A stretch of DNA of 63,984 bases, counting the filler, from Streblomastix strix (taxonomy: Eukaryota), in NCBI GenBank assembly GCA_008636045.1. It is 3 parts of 3 records of this genome, joined end to end, with 100 filler letters (N's around TTAATTAATTAA, not from the genome) between each part and the next. Parts side by side here need not be neighbours in the genome. Positions count along the whole stretch, not along the records: positions 21,381 to 42,647 come from SNRW01000384.1; positions 42,748 to 63,984 come from SNRW01000386.1; 1 more part is not named here. One strand, given 5' to 3'. Numbering within the stretch: position 1 is the stretch's first letter; the number at the start of each line of letters is the position of its first letter. The notes below the pieces were generated by a model that was not told the origin of the DNA, did no database searches, and saw nothing but the letters and a program-made list of their open reading frames with translations. Positions 41,501 to 54,300 of the stretch are shown here, piece by piece. The translations under genes and the position numbers were made by a program.

Positions 41501-42530
41501 TCCACATTGATAGAGGCTGCGATTTCGGTAGTTGAACAAGAGAACTGGAAGAAGAATTTCTGGATGATTTTGTTGACGAAGCACAAAATCTAGGAAAAGA
41601 CCACTAAATAAAAAGTAGATGAAACGCAGTCATAGAAAACATTAAAGAAGTTAGAAAAAGCTTAGAAGCAACTAAGCATAAACACAACTTTATTACAATA
41701 ATTAGGAGTGATACAGTAAACTTCGACCATTGTTTGGTTAGATTAGCCATTCATGACTGCTAGGGATGGCCCAGACCAGTCAAACACAAAACTGAGATCG
41801 AGACAACCCACCAGTAGAAGGCAATGGATTGTCCCTCTAAAATAAATGAAACCAAAAAGTTATACTTTAACTTACCCTAACTAGAATTAAAGTTAAATTT
41901 TGAATGTTGATATTAGAGGAATGATTATAAATACATTTCCAGTTCCGAAAGGAATACAACATCAATAGATTGCAGGAGATGCAGCATAAGTTTATCATGC
42001 GCCCAGAGAGACTTTTCTAACAAATGGAAAAGTAATAAAGGTAATATATTCTGCAGACAGGACAGTTTCAACCTAAGAAGGAGTTTCTATAAACAAATCG
42101 ATAAATATTTAAATTGCACCTTCTACATAACTCCAGCGAAATCCTATTCGTGAACCAGAAATTGAGAATCAAGGATGAAAGACACATGTCAGAAGTAAAG
42201 TCACAAGTGCAAATGCTTATGATGTCTCAAATTAGGACTGGAGTGAAGTCTGGCAGCACTGACAGCCTGGTGTGAGCCCTAGGACGGTTCCAACTTATGG
42301 GAATTCATAATAGACAAAAGGAGGATAATCATACACAGAAAGTCTTTCTTAGGATCCTAATGAAGGAAACAGTACAACCTCAACCAATCTATGGAATGGG
42401 GGGAAAACAATTCGTTATCTAGAGACGTGGAAACTAGTCAATAGAGTGGAGTTCGTATAAAAAGCTTTTTTCAGTTCAAAAATGAGAATAATTAAAGGAG
42501 ATTATAATAAGAACTAAGAATTTGTCGATT
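38540..42530 (+). mobile_element. DIRS-like element (same family as 15690-21210): gag and start of RT, interrupted by a DNA transposon
   Basis: Colinear with 15690-18150 (WREVDTDPYLDTVRM...DHDHDH; GGKTIRYLETWKLV). The alignment is broken at ~39657-40975. Confidence 0.85.
39657..40970 (+). mobile_element. pogo/DDE_1-type DNA transposon remnant
   Basis: ILNLDESG...ITFLMTAAVDG...LLLNSHSPRQN...QTTHICQPYDCGVFRTFKK resembles DDE_1 motifs (NxDEtG, LDGHSSH, HxxQPLDxGvF). Begins after a TA. Has stops and frameshifts. Confidence 0.8.
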
Positions 42531-42647
42531 TTCTTTGTTCCATCATGTACGTCAGTGTTCATGTAATGTTTACTATGTAAATCGTGTTGCCTATGCTTAA
42601 GGACGTGCAAAAATTGAATTTCAAAGTTGCTATTCTGACTCGTTCCA

Positions 42648-42747
42648 NNNNNNNNNNNNNNNNNNNNNNNNNNNNNNNNNNNNNNNNNNNNTTAATTAAT
42701 TAANNNNNNNNNNNNNNNNNNNNNNNNNNNNNNNNNNNNNNNNNNNN
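42648..42747. other. Artificial contig spacer
   Basis: 100-bp N run with TTAATTAATTAA. Confidence 0.98.
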
Positions 42748-43517
42748 TTATTATTAAGCCTACACATATCTAACCTAAACCAATTGATTATGTACACTAA
42801 TCGAAAAATTTAATTAATCGTTGATTTTTTCGCTAATTAAATGGAATCATTAATAATATAATTGAAATAATTAAACAAACAATTAACCAAAAATAATTTA
42901 TAGGAGGATCTAATATCTGAAATAATTTAATAATTAAAGGACTTAATGTAGCCCTAATTAGACTAACCACTATTATCCTAAGAGTTGAAAAAAATAAAAT
43001 AGTAATTTGACCACCAATAATAAAAATTATAATTTTTTAATAAGTAAGCAGAGCAATAGTAATACCTTAATAAAATTTACGCATAAAATAATCATAAATG
43101 TATTGATTAATATAATTAGTATAAATAATTAAGTAGTACTCAAGCTGAAAAACTTAAACGATATATATTAACTGAGGCAAATGATGAGGAAAAATAAATA
43201 TACAATAATTTTGTATTTGATGTAGGAAATAAATAATTCAGTAATTATTACTCGTTAAATTAAATCTGATTCACTCATATGAAGCTATTATCGATAGGTA
43301 ATTAATATATTTACACATCTCCTAACACATATCTCCAATATATTCCCCTTCATCATCCATGTTTGCTTAAATAATTATTTTTTCACTTTCTTCACATTTA
43401 ATTGGTTCAATTAGAGCTTAATAAATATAGTATATCTCGGTATTTTTCGCGTTAATCTTTTATCCAAGTTTGATAGCTACTTATAATAATTAATCCATTT
43501 GTATAAAAATAAATTGT

Positions 43518-45411
43518 TCATGGAGGAACCGCACCTAATGTTACTGGTTTAGCTCGCCAATATACTTTAGGTCCATCGCTATAGAATCCTCCATTAGTGT
43601 CTACGCTATTTACACCCCATAAGATTGGATTACCAGCAGAATAATTAACTGAACCATTACTTACACCGCTAGTCGCACCTGTACCAGCAATTACTGAACC
43701 GTTGAAAGTTAATGTATTTCCATCAGCGGATATCATTAATCCTTTATTATCAGTATTTTAGTCAGCTGTTCTGCATATATATAATTCACCAGCATTTCTT
43801 TTTATTATTGTCCATTATCCATCAATTTCACCGTATGGTACATCAGTTGGATTTAATTAAATACTACCTAAAGTAGTACCTCCTAATGTCTTTCTTCCAT
43901 TGATTGATTAATCCGTTCCAATATTAACTTACTCATTACCATTGAATGTTATTTTTGTACTATCATTATTAATACTTAATCCAACACTATGATCAGCTTA
44001 TCGTAAAGACGATGGATTTATAGTGAGGGTATTATCACTTGTTTTACTTATTTCCCATTAACCTGTTTGTGTTCCACTAATTGTTGAATTGCTACATGCT
44101 AATTATATCGATGATTCACTCGTATAATTACCTATTCTTATCCCATTATTATAGTTAGCTTTCGATCGACTACTTGATGGGTTCACTTATAAAAAATCTT
44201 ACATTATCCCACCAGAGGCAAAACTATAATTTATAGGTATTTATGTTGCACTTGATACTGTTGTAACTATATCCTATGATAATATCTCTGTTATTCTATT
44301 TGTATAATATTTACTTTAATCAGATACAACTATCGTAATGGAATTAGTTGATTCTATTCTAACATATGCCGAATAAATTGCTGATGTACCTGACCCAGTA
44401 TGTGTATGAAATAGTTAATTTACACCACTATCTATAGTATAACTAGCACTAATTCTAGTTGAAGCTGTAAATACTCCATATACAGTATTGATTCCGTTAA
44501 TAAGTATAATAAAGTACTAATCTAATGGTTTGAACAGCATTATACTATGAATACACTTTAAATTCAATGAATGGATTACCAACACTAGCACCAGCAGGAA
44601 ATACACATAATCTAATCCATCCACCTCCACTACTGTTGTAGGTTCTAGATATTTTGCTATCTAAAGTTGTTGTATCACCATTCGCTAATAGTATTTATTG
44701 ATTTGTTCCACCTGTCTTAATAAATTTAGTAGCAGTTATATCATTATCGTAAGTTAATTGTTGGGGATGAACGTGATCTCCTCGACTGTATGAAGTACTA
44801 ATTCCAGCACTAGCCTCACCATCAACTATAGGTAGTTCATCACTAGCAGGGGTAACTTAGTCCGGTACTAATTGTCCACTATCATACCAGCTTGATTCAT
44901 ACATCCAGACCGTACCACTTTCTGCGGAGAAAGCAAAATCACCTGTAGCACTAGAGGCTAGATTAATTATATCAGCATTAAGTAAGTAATAACCCCTAAA
45001 ATGAGTTTGTCGAGCTAACTCCTGTTAAATTAATGTAATTGATTAATTTATATCACTAATATCCCCTGATTATTAACCATATTCTTATTGAAGTTAATTT
45101 ATCTATTATTATATTTAAACTATTTATTATATAAAATCCAAATTTAACACCTATAAATCCTTAACTATTAATTTTCCATCTGTACTAATTTTTAAAGCAA
45201 AGTTACTAGCTTACCCATCAGATATATATTATTTATCAGCATAAACTAACGCGGATTAGTTATCTATGAATAATTGGTAGTTTTCATCTTATATTACTCC
45301 TGAGTTACTACTTTTATTTTTCACATACTACAAATAATACTGTATCTATGTTGAAATTAATTAACTAATAACTGATCTCTATTAATTGGTGAGCACTTAT
45401 ATTTATTACAT
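43518..45411 (-). pseudogene. Fibre/adhesin protein 1 (left-arm copy, one +1 frameshift)
   Basis: Reverse complement of 61321-63214. Confidence 0.8.
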
Positions 45412-45622
45412 TTAAGCACTGACAAAAATAAAGGGCTGGCTCAAATTTGAGCTGGCATCAATTATTAGGCTAAAGTTAGGGTCCTGCCTAATTTAGGCTA
45501 TACAAATCTACCAAAGGAATTACGTTTGTAGAACTTTACAATAATTATTGATTTAATCCCCACCAGATAAAAGGTAGATTACACCAACGAAATAAATTTA
45601 AAAAATAGTTTAAGTTCCAACT

Positions 45623-45970
45623 TCACACTGTTTCATTCAATAACTTTAAATATAATTAATATCTATATTCTTTAGCTAGTTTAATATCATTATTTTTGAT
45701 TGCCTTCTTAATTAATTATTCCAATTATTCAGTACTAAATTATTTGAGTGTTGATTCGTTAATTTATTTCATCTTCTTTCTACGTTAGCAAAATTAAATT
45801 ATATATACAATTATATTAACAGGAACTAATATTATATCTAGATACCCCCATAATTGTTTGATCAGTGAAATATATTAGATTGTTACACTAACTGATATAA
45901 TTGATACTATAAAATTAATCCCATAAAATAAGTAATTTAAAACTAGTTATATTATACTAATCACATTCAT
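45623..45970 (-). CDS. 115-aa protein with two predicted TM segments and a charged C-terminus
   Basis: MNVISIIQLVLNYLFYGINFIVSIISVSVTI...WGYLDIILVPVNIIVYIIQFCQRRKKMK...LLNETV-TGA. Confidence 0.65.
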
Positions 45971-45986
45971 TTATATTTACTTAAAT

Positions 45987-47001
45987 ATGTACCTAATAAA
46001 TAAATTAAGTATCGTTCAACGATCAATCACTATTAGATGAATATAAAATTAGGCCACTTGCCCCACATTCAATCTTTCTCATTATCGCCAATCATTATAT
46101 TGTTGGATCTGTTGGAAGTGGTAAAACAACTTTGATGGCTAAATTAATTGTACTATATTAACGATTCATTAATCCCTACATATTATACTTCTCTAACTTT
46201 GGCCCAGATGAAACAATGGCCATTAATTTAAATAACAAAGGTATAAAATTAATTAATATAACTTATTCAGAAGCAAAATCTTTTCTATCTTAATTCGACG
46301 AAATTAAATATAAAGTTAAAGAAATATATACATATTGGAAGTTAAAAGAACAAGATATTAGATATGATTCAGATTACATAACAGGAATGAAAGAATCGAT
46401 AGTAGATAATAATAAACAATAAAGAGATGAGACAGATAAATAATATTAACATAGATTACGGGATATTTTCCAAAAGGAATGTATAAAAATAATTAACGAA
46501 TTTAGTTAGCCTACAACAATTATGCGCTTCAATGTTCCACCTATAATTAAAGGGGTTAAATATTCTAAAAAATTAAAGGTAATAGAATAAGATGGTGAAT
46601 AAGAATTCTAAAAAATGCCTATATTGAGTAGTTCATAATTACTTTCCACATTAATGATTTTTGATGACATTGGGTCAAATACTGATATTTAACGGTACAC
46701 TAGTGAGCTGGCTAGATCAATCACTCATTTGGTTAGTGATAGCAGGCACAGTAAAAATACCATATTCTTCTGCGCCTAACGACAGAGTTATTTGTTTAAA
46801 TCAGCGAGAGTGTTGTGCCATGTGATTGCCGTTGGGGCTAATATATCAGAATAAGATTTGAAATAAACATATGAGGAGAATAATGTTTAGGAATTAAATG
46901 AGCAGGAATTTATCATTATTTATAGCAGCCATTAGAAATACGAATTTATCATAATAAACAAAAGTTTAAATACATTCGATATATTAAAAAGATAAAATTG
47001 A
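45987..47001 (+). CDS. A32/FtsK-HerA-type genome-packaging ATPase (ATG appears off-frame by 1 nt)
   Basis: Walker A YIVGSVGSGKTT (46105), Walker B LMIFDD, then SDSRH...IFFCAQRQSYLFKSAR. Open to TGA 46999-47001 under table 6. Confidence 0.85.
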
Positions 47002-47113
47002 ATAAAATATTAACGTATAAACTAGCTAAAATTAGCGTAATAAATTAATGTATAAATTAGTGTATAAATTAATGTTCGGTCAAACTAAAAATAATTTTGA
47101 AAAAATTAACAGA

Positions 47114-47136
47114 GGTGCAATCTACCTTATATCTGA
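47114..47136 (+). promoter_or_regulatory. Conserved intergenic motif GGTGYAAWCTACCTT...ATCTG (also at 49660 on + and ~45585 on -)
   Basis: Three independent copies per arm, each preceded by a TTTT(G/T)AAA tract and located downstream of a co-oriented stop codon. Confidence 0.6.
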
Positions 47137-47195
47137 TTGAAATTTAGAGCTAAAATTAACGTATAAATTAACTTAATAAATTAGCCATCATCACA

Positions 47196-48224
47196 TCATT
47201 AATTATATAGGGCATAAGAATCACATACTTATACAAAGAAATCATTAGGCAAACTATACTAACATTATATATTAATTTTAACATGTCCATCAGGATCAAT
47301 GAAGCAATCAATGGGAATTGGATTAAGCCATACAACTGGTGTAGTAGCTTACTTGGTAACATACATAACAGCATTAAGGGGTATATTACGAGACGATCCA
47401 CTGAACTTAGGTTTAGCAGAATCATACATAAAGGAAAATAAAGTGTAACTAGAATTAGTATTAGTATTAGGATTAGCGTGAGTAATTGCTATTGAGATAT
47501 ACACACGTTTATTTAATAAGGTTGCTTATCCCCATGTGAAGAAATCAAATACACCAATACCTAGTACTTATTAAGTAGCATATTCAATTGGTAAAGGAGA
47601 TACAATCTAATTGTTAAATTTAAGTGATGTACAATCGAAATCAATAATTAATCCCTTATAATCATATGCTTCATCTTCTTATTTTTATATCCTGAATTAT
47701 AATGAAATTGACCCCATTTTCCATACTCCATCTCTATCTGTTGGATCAGCGTTGCAGCCGGTGAGGACAAAGCTATCCCAATTCGCTTTATTTTTCATTA
47801 TCCTAATACCCTAATTACGGATATCATTATTCGGTTCAATAATCAATTAACCCATCGCATGAAAATAATATTTAGGTAAGAAATCACCTATGTCTGATGT
47901 TGATCCATTTGCTAATAATAATTAGTTATCAGTGCCACTTGTTTTGATAAATTTATCCGCTTAGATAGCTTAAGTGAATTATTTATATCCTGTTACTGTT
48001 TGATTAGTATTTAAGGTCATTAATTTTGATTAATCAACATCCTTTTTTTTCATGAATTAGCTAAAGTAAGTAAAGTACTGAATTAATTATTATTCAATGA
48101 AGGGAATTAATTTTCCGCGTAATAATTCGAATTATTATTATTCGTTATCGATCTCATTTATTTTATCTAGTTCATCTTTCATAGCTTATAATTATTCTTA
48201 GGTAGGAAGTTCAAGATCATCCAT
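47196..48224 (-). CDS. Fibre/adhesin protein 2 (342 aa, intact)
   Basis: Reverse complement of 58508-59536. Confidence 0.8.
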
Positions 48225-48258
48225 TTAATTTAATTGCAAAAATAACTAATAACTAATA

Positions 48259-48924
48259 TCAAAATTCAGTTGGGTCAATATCAATTGCAGGTACTTCACT
48301 TAATCTAACTAGATCTTTATTTATTCTATATAATTTTTCTACGCTATTCCAGAGTACATTATCCTACGTATTAATTGACACATTTTTTATCAATACATCA
48401 ATTACTCTAACTATTTCTTTCTTTTTATATTATTTACTTAGACATGAGTAAGTTGCAATAATACTTTCCTCTAATACTATTTCTATATCATCTTCATTCT
48501 CTTATGTTACTATAGACCAAAATTTAATAAAATTATCTGAGGATAGAATGAACTCATCACCTTTATTTCTATATGTAACTGTTCGCCATATACAATCGAC
48601 TACAAACTTCATTACCTCTAAATTAAGATTGGATAGATAGGCGTTCAAATGATTATCCACGATTACATTTTGAATTGATGGCTAGACTATCGGCTAAATT
48701 GATTACTAAATTATTGGCTGGGCTAATTTATCAATTAATTCAATGGGGGTAACTTAAGCAGTTGTTCTATCGGCATCAGTGTACTTATTTTTATTGAATT
48801 AAAGTTATGATTAACGTTCTGATTAATGTTCTGGCTAATTTTATTCACTTTCAATTGCTTTTGAAATCAAGCTATCTATATACTGTAATCTTTATTAATT
48901 ATTTGGGTCAGTTAATTCTTTCAT
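48259..48924 (-). CDS. Hypothetical viral protein, 221 aa
   Basis: AAATG start, MKELTDPNNQQRLQYIDSLI...IDIDPTEF-TGA, fully open in table 6. Confidence 0.75.
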
Positions 48925-49008
48925 TTACTTCTTACTTTTAGAGAGATGTAATTAATTCCTTTCAACTCCACGTATCAATTAAATTAGAAAAAGATTTCTG
49001 ATTACTAA

Positions 49009-49570
49009 ATGGATAAATCACAAGCATATAAATTTATGATGGAGAATGGAACAAATACTGAATATTTTGATGGTGACTATTTTATTCGTGATAAGAAACA
49101 AATTAAGTGCTTCGAGGATGGAAAGAAAGGGCTGAAAATAATTACTTAGGCTTAATAGAACAAATTAATGATGCAAGCTAGAGGAACCCCCCAGTAAATA
49201 AAAATAAAAATTGTTTGATTCAGAATCAAGCGACGACGATATTGAAGAAGAATAAGAATAAGAATAAATTAAACCATAAACCGCAAAAAAGAAAGTGTAA
49301 AAATAACCTTAAATTAAATATATTAATCCCCAACTTGATTTAGAAGAGTTGATCTCACTTCGAATTGAGAATAAATTTATAAAATAATAACATGATGAAG
49401 CGATCAAATAGAATGAGAAGTATAAAAATAAATTGAAAGCGTTGAAATAAATTAAATAGAAACCAAAATAAATAGAATAAGAAATAAGTGAAGAAAAATA
49501 AGAATAACTCCAGCAATAATAATACCGTTAATAGCCGCAATAATAATATAGCTAATACGATATCTATTGA
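49009..49570 (+). pseudogene. Hypothetical Q/E/K-rich viral protein with one frameshift
   Basis: MDKSQAYKFMMENG... continues after a +1 shift near the C-run at ~49190 as LFDSESSDDDIEEE...QYDIY-TGA. Confidence 0.6.
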
Positions 49571-49711
49571 TAGGGGGTCAGCTTGAATTCAGCCAGCATT
49601 GAATTAGCGTAGTAATTAGCACACTGAATTAATTAAATAATTTTGAAAATTATTTTGTTGGTGTAAACTACCTTTTTTATTTTTATTTTTATTTTTTTAT
49701 CTGGTTAATAA

Positions 49712-50281
49712 ATGTAACAGTTTACTACTCTTATTGTTGAACCCACTTACGAGATTACTACCGAGTATCCGTGGATAATTAGAAGAATATCAGATAAATT
49801 TATATCAAAGATCTCGACTGAAAAAAGCGGTTATTAATAAATTGGTTTGAATGGTACTACTTACGGTATCCACAGACTAGTTGCTATTTAATTTATTCCA
49901 ACTGATGATAGAAATAAATAAGTCGATCATTCCAACCATAATCGTTCGGATAATTAGCTTACTAATCTTCGCTGGCTATCAGCGAGTGAGAACTGTTTAA
50001 ATAGAACCAAGCCCATTAGAACAAAAAAAGAATAAATATTTATTGATACACTACTTGAGGATAAAATAACAATTACTGAATATGGGAAACATAAATTTGA
50101 AGATTTGGATTTTGCACCTAGTACAGATAAATTTTATAAATATAACGGTTTCTAATATAAATAATTACATGTTAATGAAAAATTAAATGGAGCCCTATTT
50201 GTTTATGCTGCTGATAAGAAAGGTAAAGGGCACTAGCTTCATTACATTAGAGTTAAGCAGTTGTTTAAAGTGGAAAATTGA
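49712..50281 (+). CDS. HNH endonuclease (phage HNH_3 / I-HmuI-like), 189 aa
   Basis: GYQQIGLNGTTYGIHRLVAIQFIP...QVDHSNHNRSDNQLTNLRWLSASENCLN. Intact under table 6. Confidence 0.9.
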
Positions 50282-50314
50282 TCTTATTTGATAAAAATTA
50301 TTTTTGTAAATAAA

Positions 50315-50935
50315 ATGACAGCGTAAAGTATGAAAGTACTCTCTTCATCAACAGAATAGGAATTTGTTTAATGGCAAACTACTATCCCATAAGGGTATAA
50401 TTAATTTTAAGTTAATAGTATGTGTAATGTTCCAATTAATCTAACATATTACCTAAACAATGATTACATAGAAATAACTCCTAATATTAGATCTAGTGAA
50501 GATAAGTAAGTTATGGTATAAGAATAGCTACCGAATAATTAATTTAAATTAACTGCAATTGATTAACTTCCTCCAATCAGAATTAAGATGAACACACATA
50601 TTAATAATAATTACGTTAGTTAAGAAGGGCGCTAGGGGTATAAATTTAATCCCATTGTTATTGCTCTAAGGAATAATTAATTTAACGAGTTTGCTGATAA
50701 CACCGAATAATATTTTAGATAAGCAGATACAACTAATGGGGACCAATCAGCTTTAATTCAGCCATAAACGAACATACATAAAAATAATTAAATTAGTATA
50801 CACTAAGCTAAAATATAGGTGAAGACATTTGTTCTTCCGCTATTAATTATATTAATTTACGACTAGATTCATTCTTATACTATTACTGGATCTATAACTA
50901 ATAATTATAGGTAGCCTTTCGCGCGATCGGGTTGA
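50315..50935 (+). CDS. Hypothetical viral protein, possibly a truncated minor capsid (penton)
   Basis: AAAATG start, MTAQSMKVLSSSTEQEFVQWQTTIPQGYNQFQVNSMCNVPINLTYYLNNDYIEI..., beta-rich composition. Possible frameshift near 50815. The penton call is a guess. Confidence 0.45.
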
Positions 50936-51030
50936 TTAAATTATATTGCCCAACTACAGATAATTATATAACTAGTGTTGAGCCACATATGTACGACTAA
51001 AATAAATCCATTAGTGTTAGATACACCCTA

Positions 51031-51198
51031 AATAATTCTACTGTGGAATAAAATATATCAATGATGGAAAGAAATATATCAATGATGGAAAGGAATATAT
51101 CAATGATGGAAAGGAATATTTCAATTATGGAAATGAATATTTCTATTGTGGAAATGAATATTTCAATGAAAGAATTGAATATTTCTATTGTGGAAAAA
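51031..51198 (+). repeat. 21-bp tandem repeat x8 (AATATATCAATGATGGAAAGG consensus); mirror 55534-55701
   Basis: Eight contiguous degenerate units in two subtypes (TCAATGATGG and TCTATTGTGG). Confidence 0.9.
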
Positions 51199-51370
51199 AA
51201 TTACCTGCATAATGAAACTAAAATTTAAATATATTTTTTAAATAAGAATAAATTATACATCACAATAAAAAATTATCAAGTCAATTTGTAGTCATTTGGA
51301 AAAGATCAGTTTTTTTTATATTTTTTTGGAATTTAGTCTATAACTAGAGAGTTCTGCTGCTATTTTCTAT

Positions 51371-54300
51371 AAATTTATTTACTACTAACAATAAATATTC
51401 TAATAATATAATATTTATATAAATTTTATAATTTTAATTACTTCTAATCTATTTTTCAATATTTTTAAAGAATTTCATTTTTCTCATTTACAATTCAACA
51501 TTTTTATTAGTTAATTATTTAAATCAATATTAATATATTAAAGTAACGATATTTCATTTAATTTATACATTATTTTAAAATACTTAGCAAATTTAAAAAT
51601 AACTCATCAAATTTAAAAATAACTCATCAAACTTAAGAAATTTACAGAGTCCAAAACTTCATCATATGTCTAATTAATTTAATATCATACTCATTAATAT
51701 GTTTCAAGTTATAATCATTAATTTTAAACTTAATTTTACTATTAATGTCTATTTTATGATCACCAGATTATAATGAGAATTTAATTTGTTAATATTTCGT
51801 TTTATTAAGCATTTTTGAATCATTTATTATATAATTATTATTTAAATTTGTGTTATTATATTAATACTGCATACTTATCATAAAATATTTATTTTATTTA
51901 GATATTATGACTATAATTTTTTTTGAAACAAGAGATTTTACTATTTATTTTTGAATGAAATTCTATGTTTTCCCAACTGCATTCAATGAACAAGCTGATA
52001 ATAATGTTCTTATATTGACATTCTAATCATTTGATACAGAAAAAACGTTTGACTATTTTTATTTTTATTATTTTAGCTCCAATTTATTTCTTTATTTATT
52101 TAATTAGAGGAGAACTTGCAGTTCTAGTAACACCGAACGGATTATTCTTGGCTGATCTTGTACTTACAGGATTACAGACATATATTTTATTGAGTTTACT
52201 GGAAAATATGAATGTGAGCGTGGTTTACGGAGCTTTTGAAGAGTTCATTTTAAGTTGAAATGCATTAATTCAAATATGACCAACTTTAGACTACATTCTA
52301 AAAATAAAATCTTAAATAAACCGGTATTGATTAATTGTTATTTTTTGAATAACCATTTCTATTTAATTATTTCTATTTTTATATTATCACTTCTCATATA
52401 ACAGGATCTATCTCTTATACATAAATGGTAGATATTATCAACATGTTCAACTTCTTGTCTCGTGAGAAATCAGCTGTGTTGTCTCCTGTAATCGTACAAG
52501 CCAATGAAGAAGAAGCAGTTTCATATGATATTGTTTCACATACAACATTCGATGTATGTTGACTATAGCAAAGATACGGACTAGACTTTGTTGAATGAGA
52601 GAATATGATTTAGAAATAATTAAATAGAAATGGTTTTTCAAAAAATAACAATTAATCAATACCGGTTTATTTAGGATTTTATTTTTAGAATGTAGTCTAA
52701 AGTTGGTCATTTTTGAATTAATGCATTTCAACTTAAAATGAACTCTTCAAAAGCTCCGTAAACCACGCTCACGTTCAGATTTTCCAGTAAACTCAATAAA
52801 ATATATGTCTGTAATCCTGTAAGTCCAAGATCAGCCAAGAATAATCCGTTCGATGTTACTAGAACTGCAAGTTCTCCTCTAATTAAATAAATAAAGAAAT
52901 AAATTGGAGCTAAAATAATAAAAATAAAAATAGTCAAACGTTTTTTCTGTATCAAATGATTAGAATGTCTATATAAGAACATTATTATCAGCTTGTTCAT
53001 TGAATGCAGTTGGGAAAACATAGAATTTCATTCAAAAATAAATAGTAAAATCTCTTGTTTCAAAAAAAATTATAGTCATAATATCTAAATAAAATAAATA
53101 TTTTATGATAAGTATGCAGTATTAATATAATAACACAAATTTCTTTACTACTTACAATAAATATTCTAAAAATATAATATATATATAAATTTTATAATTT
53201 AAATTACTTCTAATCTATTTTTCAATATTTTTAAAGATTTTCATTTTTCTCATTTACAATTCAACATTTTTATTAGTTAATTATTTAAATCAATATTAAT
53301 ATATTAAAGTAACGATACTTCATTTAATTTATACATTATTTTAAAATACTTAGCAAATTTAAAAATAACTCATCAATCTTAAGAAGTTTTAAGAGTTCTA
53401 AACTTCATCATATGTCTAATTAATTTAATATCATACTCATTAATATGTTTCAAGTTATAACCATTAATTTTAAACTTAATTTTACTATTAATGTCTATTT
53501 TATGATCACCAGATTATAATGAGAATTTAATTTGTTAATATTTCGTTTTATTAAGCATTTTTGAATCATTTATTATATAATTATTATTTAAATTTGTGTT
53601 ATTATATTAATACTGCATACTTATCATAAAATATTTATTTTATTTAGATATTATGACTATAATTTTTTTTGAAACAAGAGATTTTACTATTTATTTTTGA
53701 ATGAAATTCTATGTTTTCCCAACTGCATTCAATGAACAAGCTGATAATAATGTTCTTATATAGACATTCTAATCATTTGATACAGAAAAAACGTTTGACT
53801 ATTTTTATTTTTATTATTTTAGCTCCAATTTATTTCTTTATTTATTTAATTAGAGGAGAACTTGCAGTTCTAGTAACATCGAACGGATTATTCTTGGCTG
53901 ATCTTGGACTTACAGGATTACAGACATATATTTTATTGAGTTTACTGGAAAATCTGAACGTGAGCGTGGTTTACGGAGCTTTTGAAGAGTTCATTTTAAG
54001 TTGAAATGCATTAATTCAAAAATGACCAACTTTAGACTACATTCTAAAAATAAAATCCTAAATAAACCGGTATTGATTAATTGTTATTTTTTGAAAAACC
54101 ATTTCTATTTAATTATTTCTAAATCATATTCTCTCATTCAACAAAGTCTAGTCCGTATCTTTGCTATAGTCAACATACATCGAATGTTGTATGTGAAACA
54201 ATATCATATGAAACTGCTTCTTCTTCATTGGCTTGTACGATTACAGGAGACAACACAGCTGATTTCTCACGAGACAAGAAGTTGAACATGTTGATAATAT

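Larger units (their letters stand above)
42748..51030. mobile_element. Endogenous Polinton-like / PRD1-adenovirus-lineage virus segment (mirror copy 55702-63984)
   Basis: Densely packed intronless genes on both strands with AAATG starts: A32-like ATPase, two fibre proteins, HNH endonuclease and a small TM protein. Confidence 0.8.

Noticed and set aside
51031..51198. CRISPR-like array
   Set aside because: The units are contiguous and degenerate with no unique spacers, and no cas genes are present.
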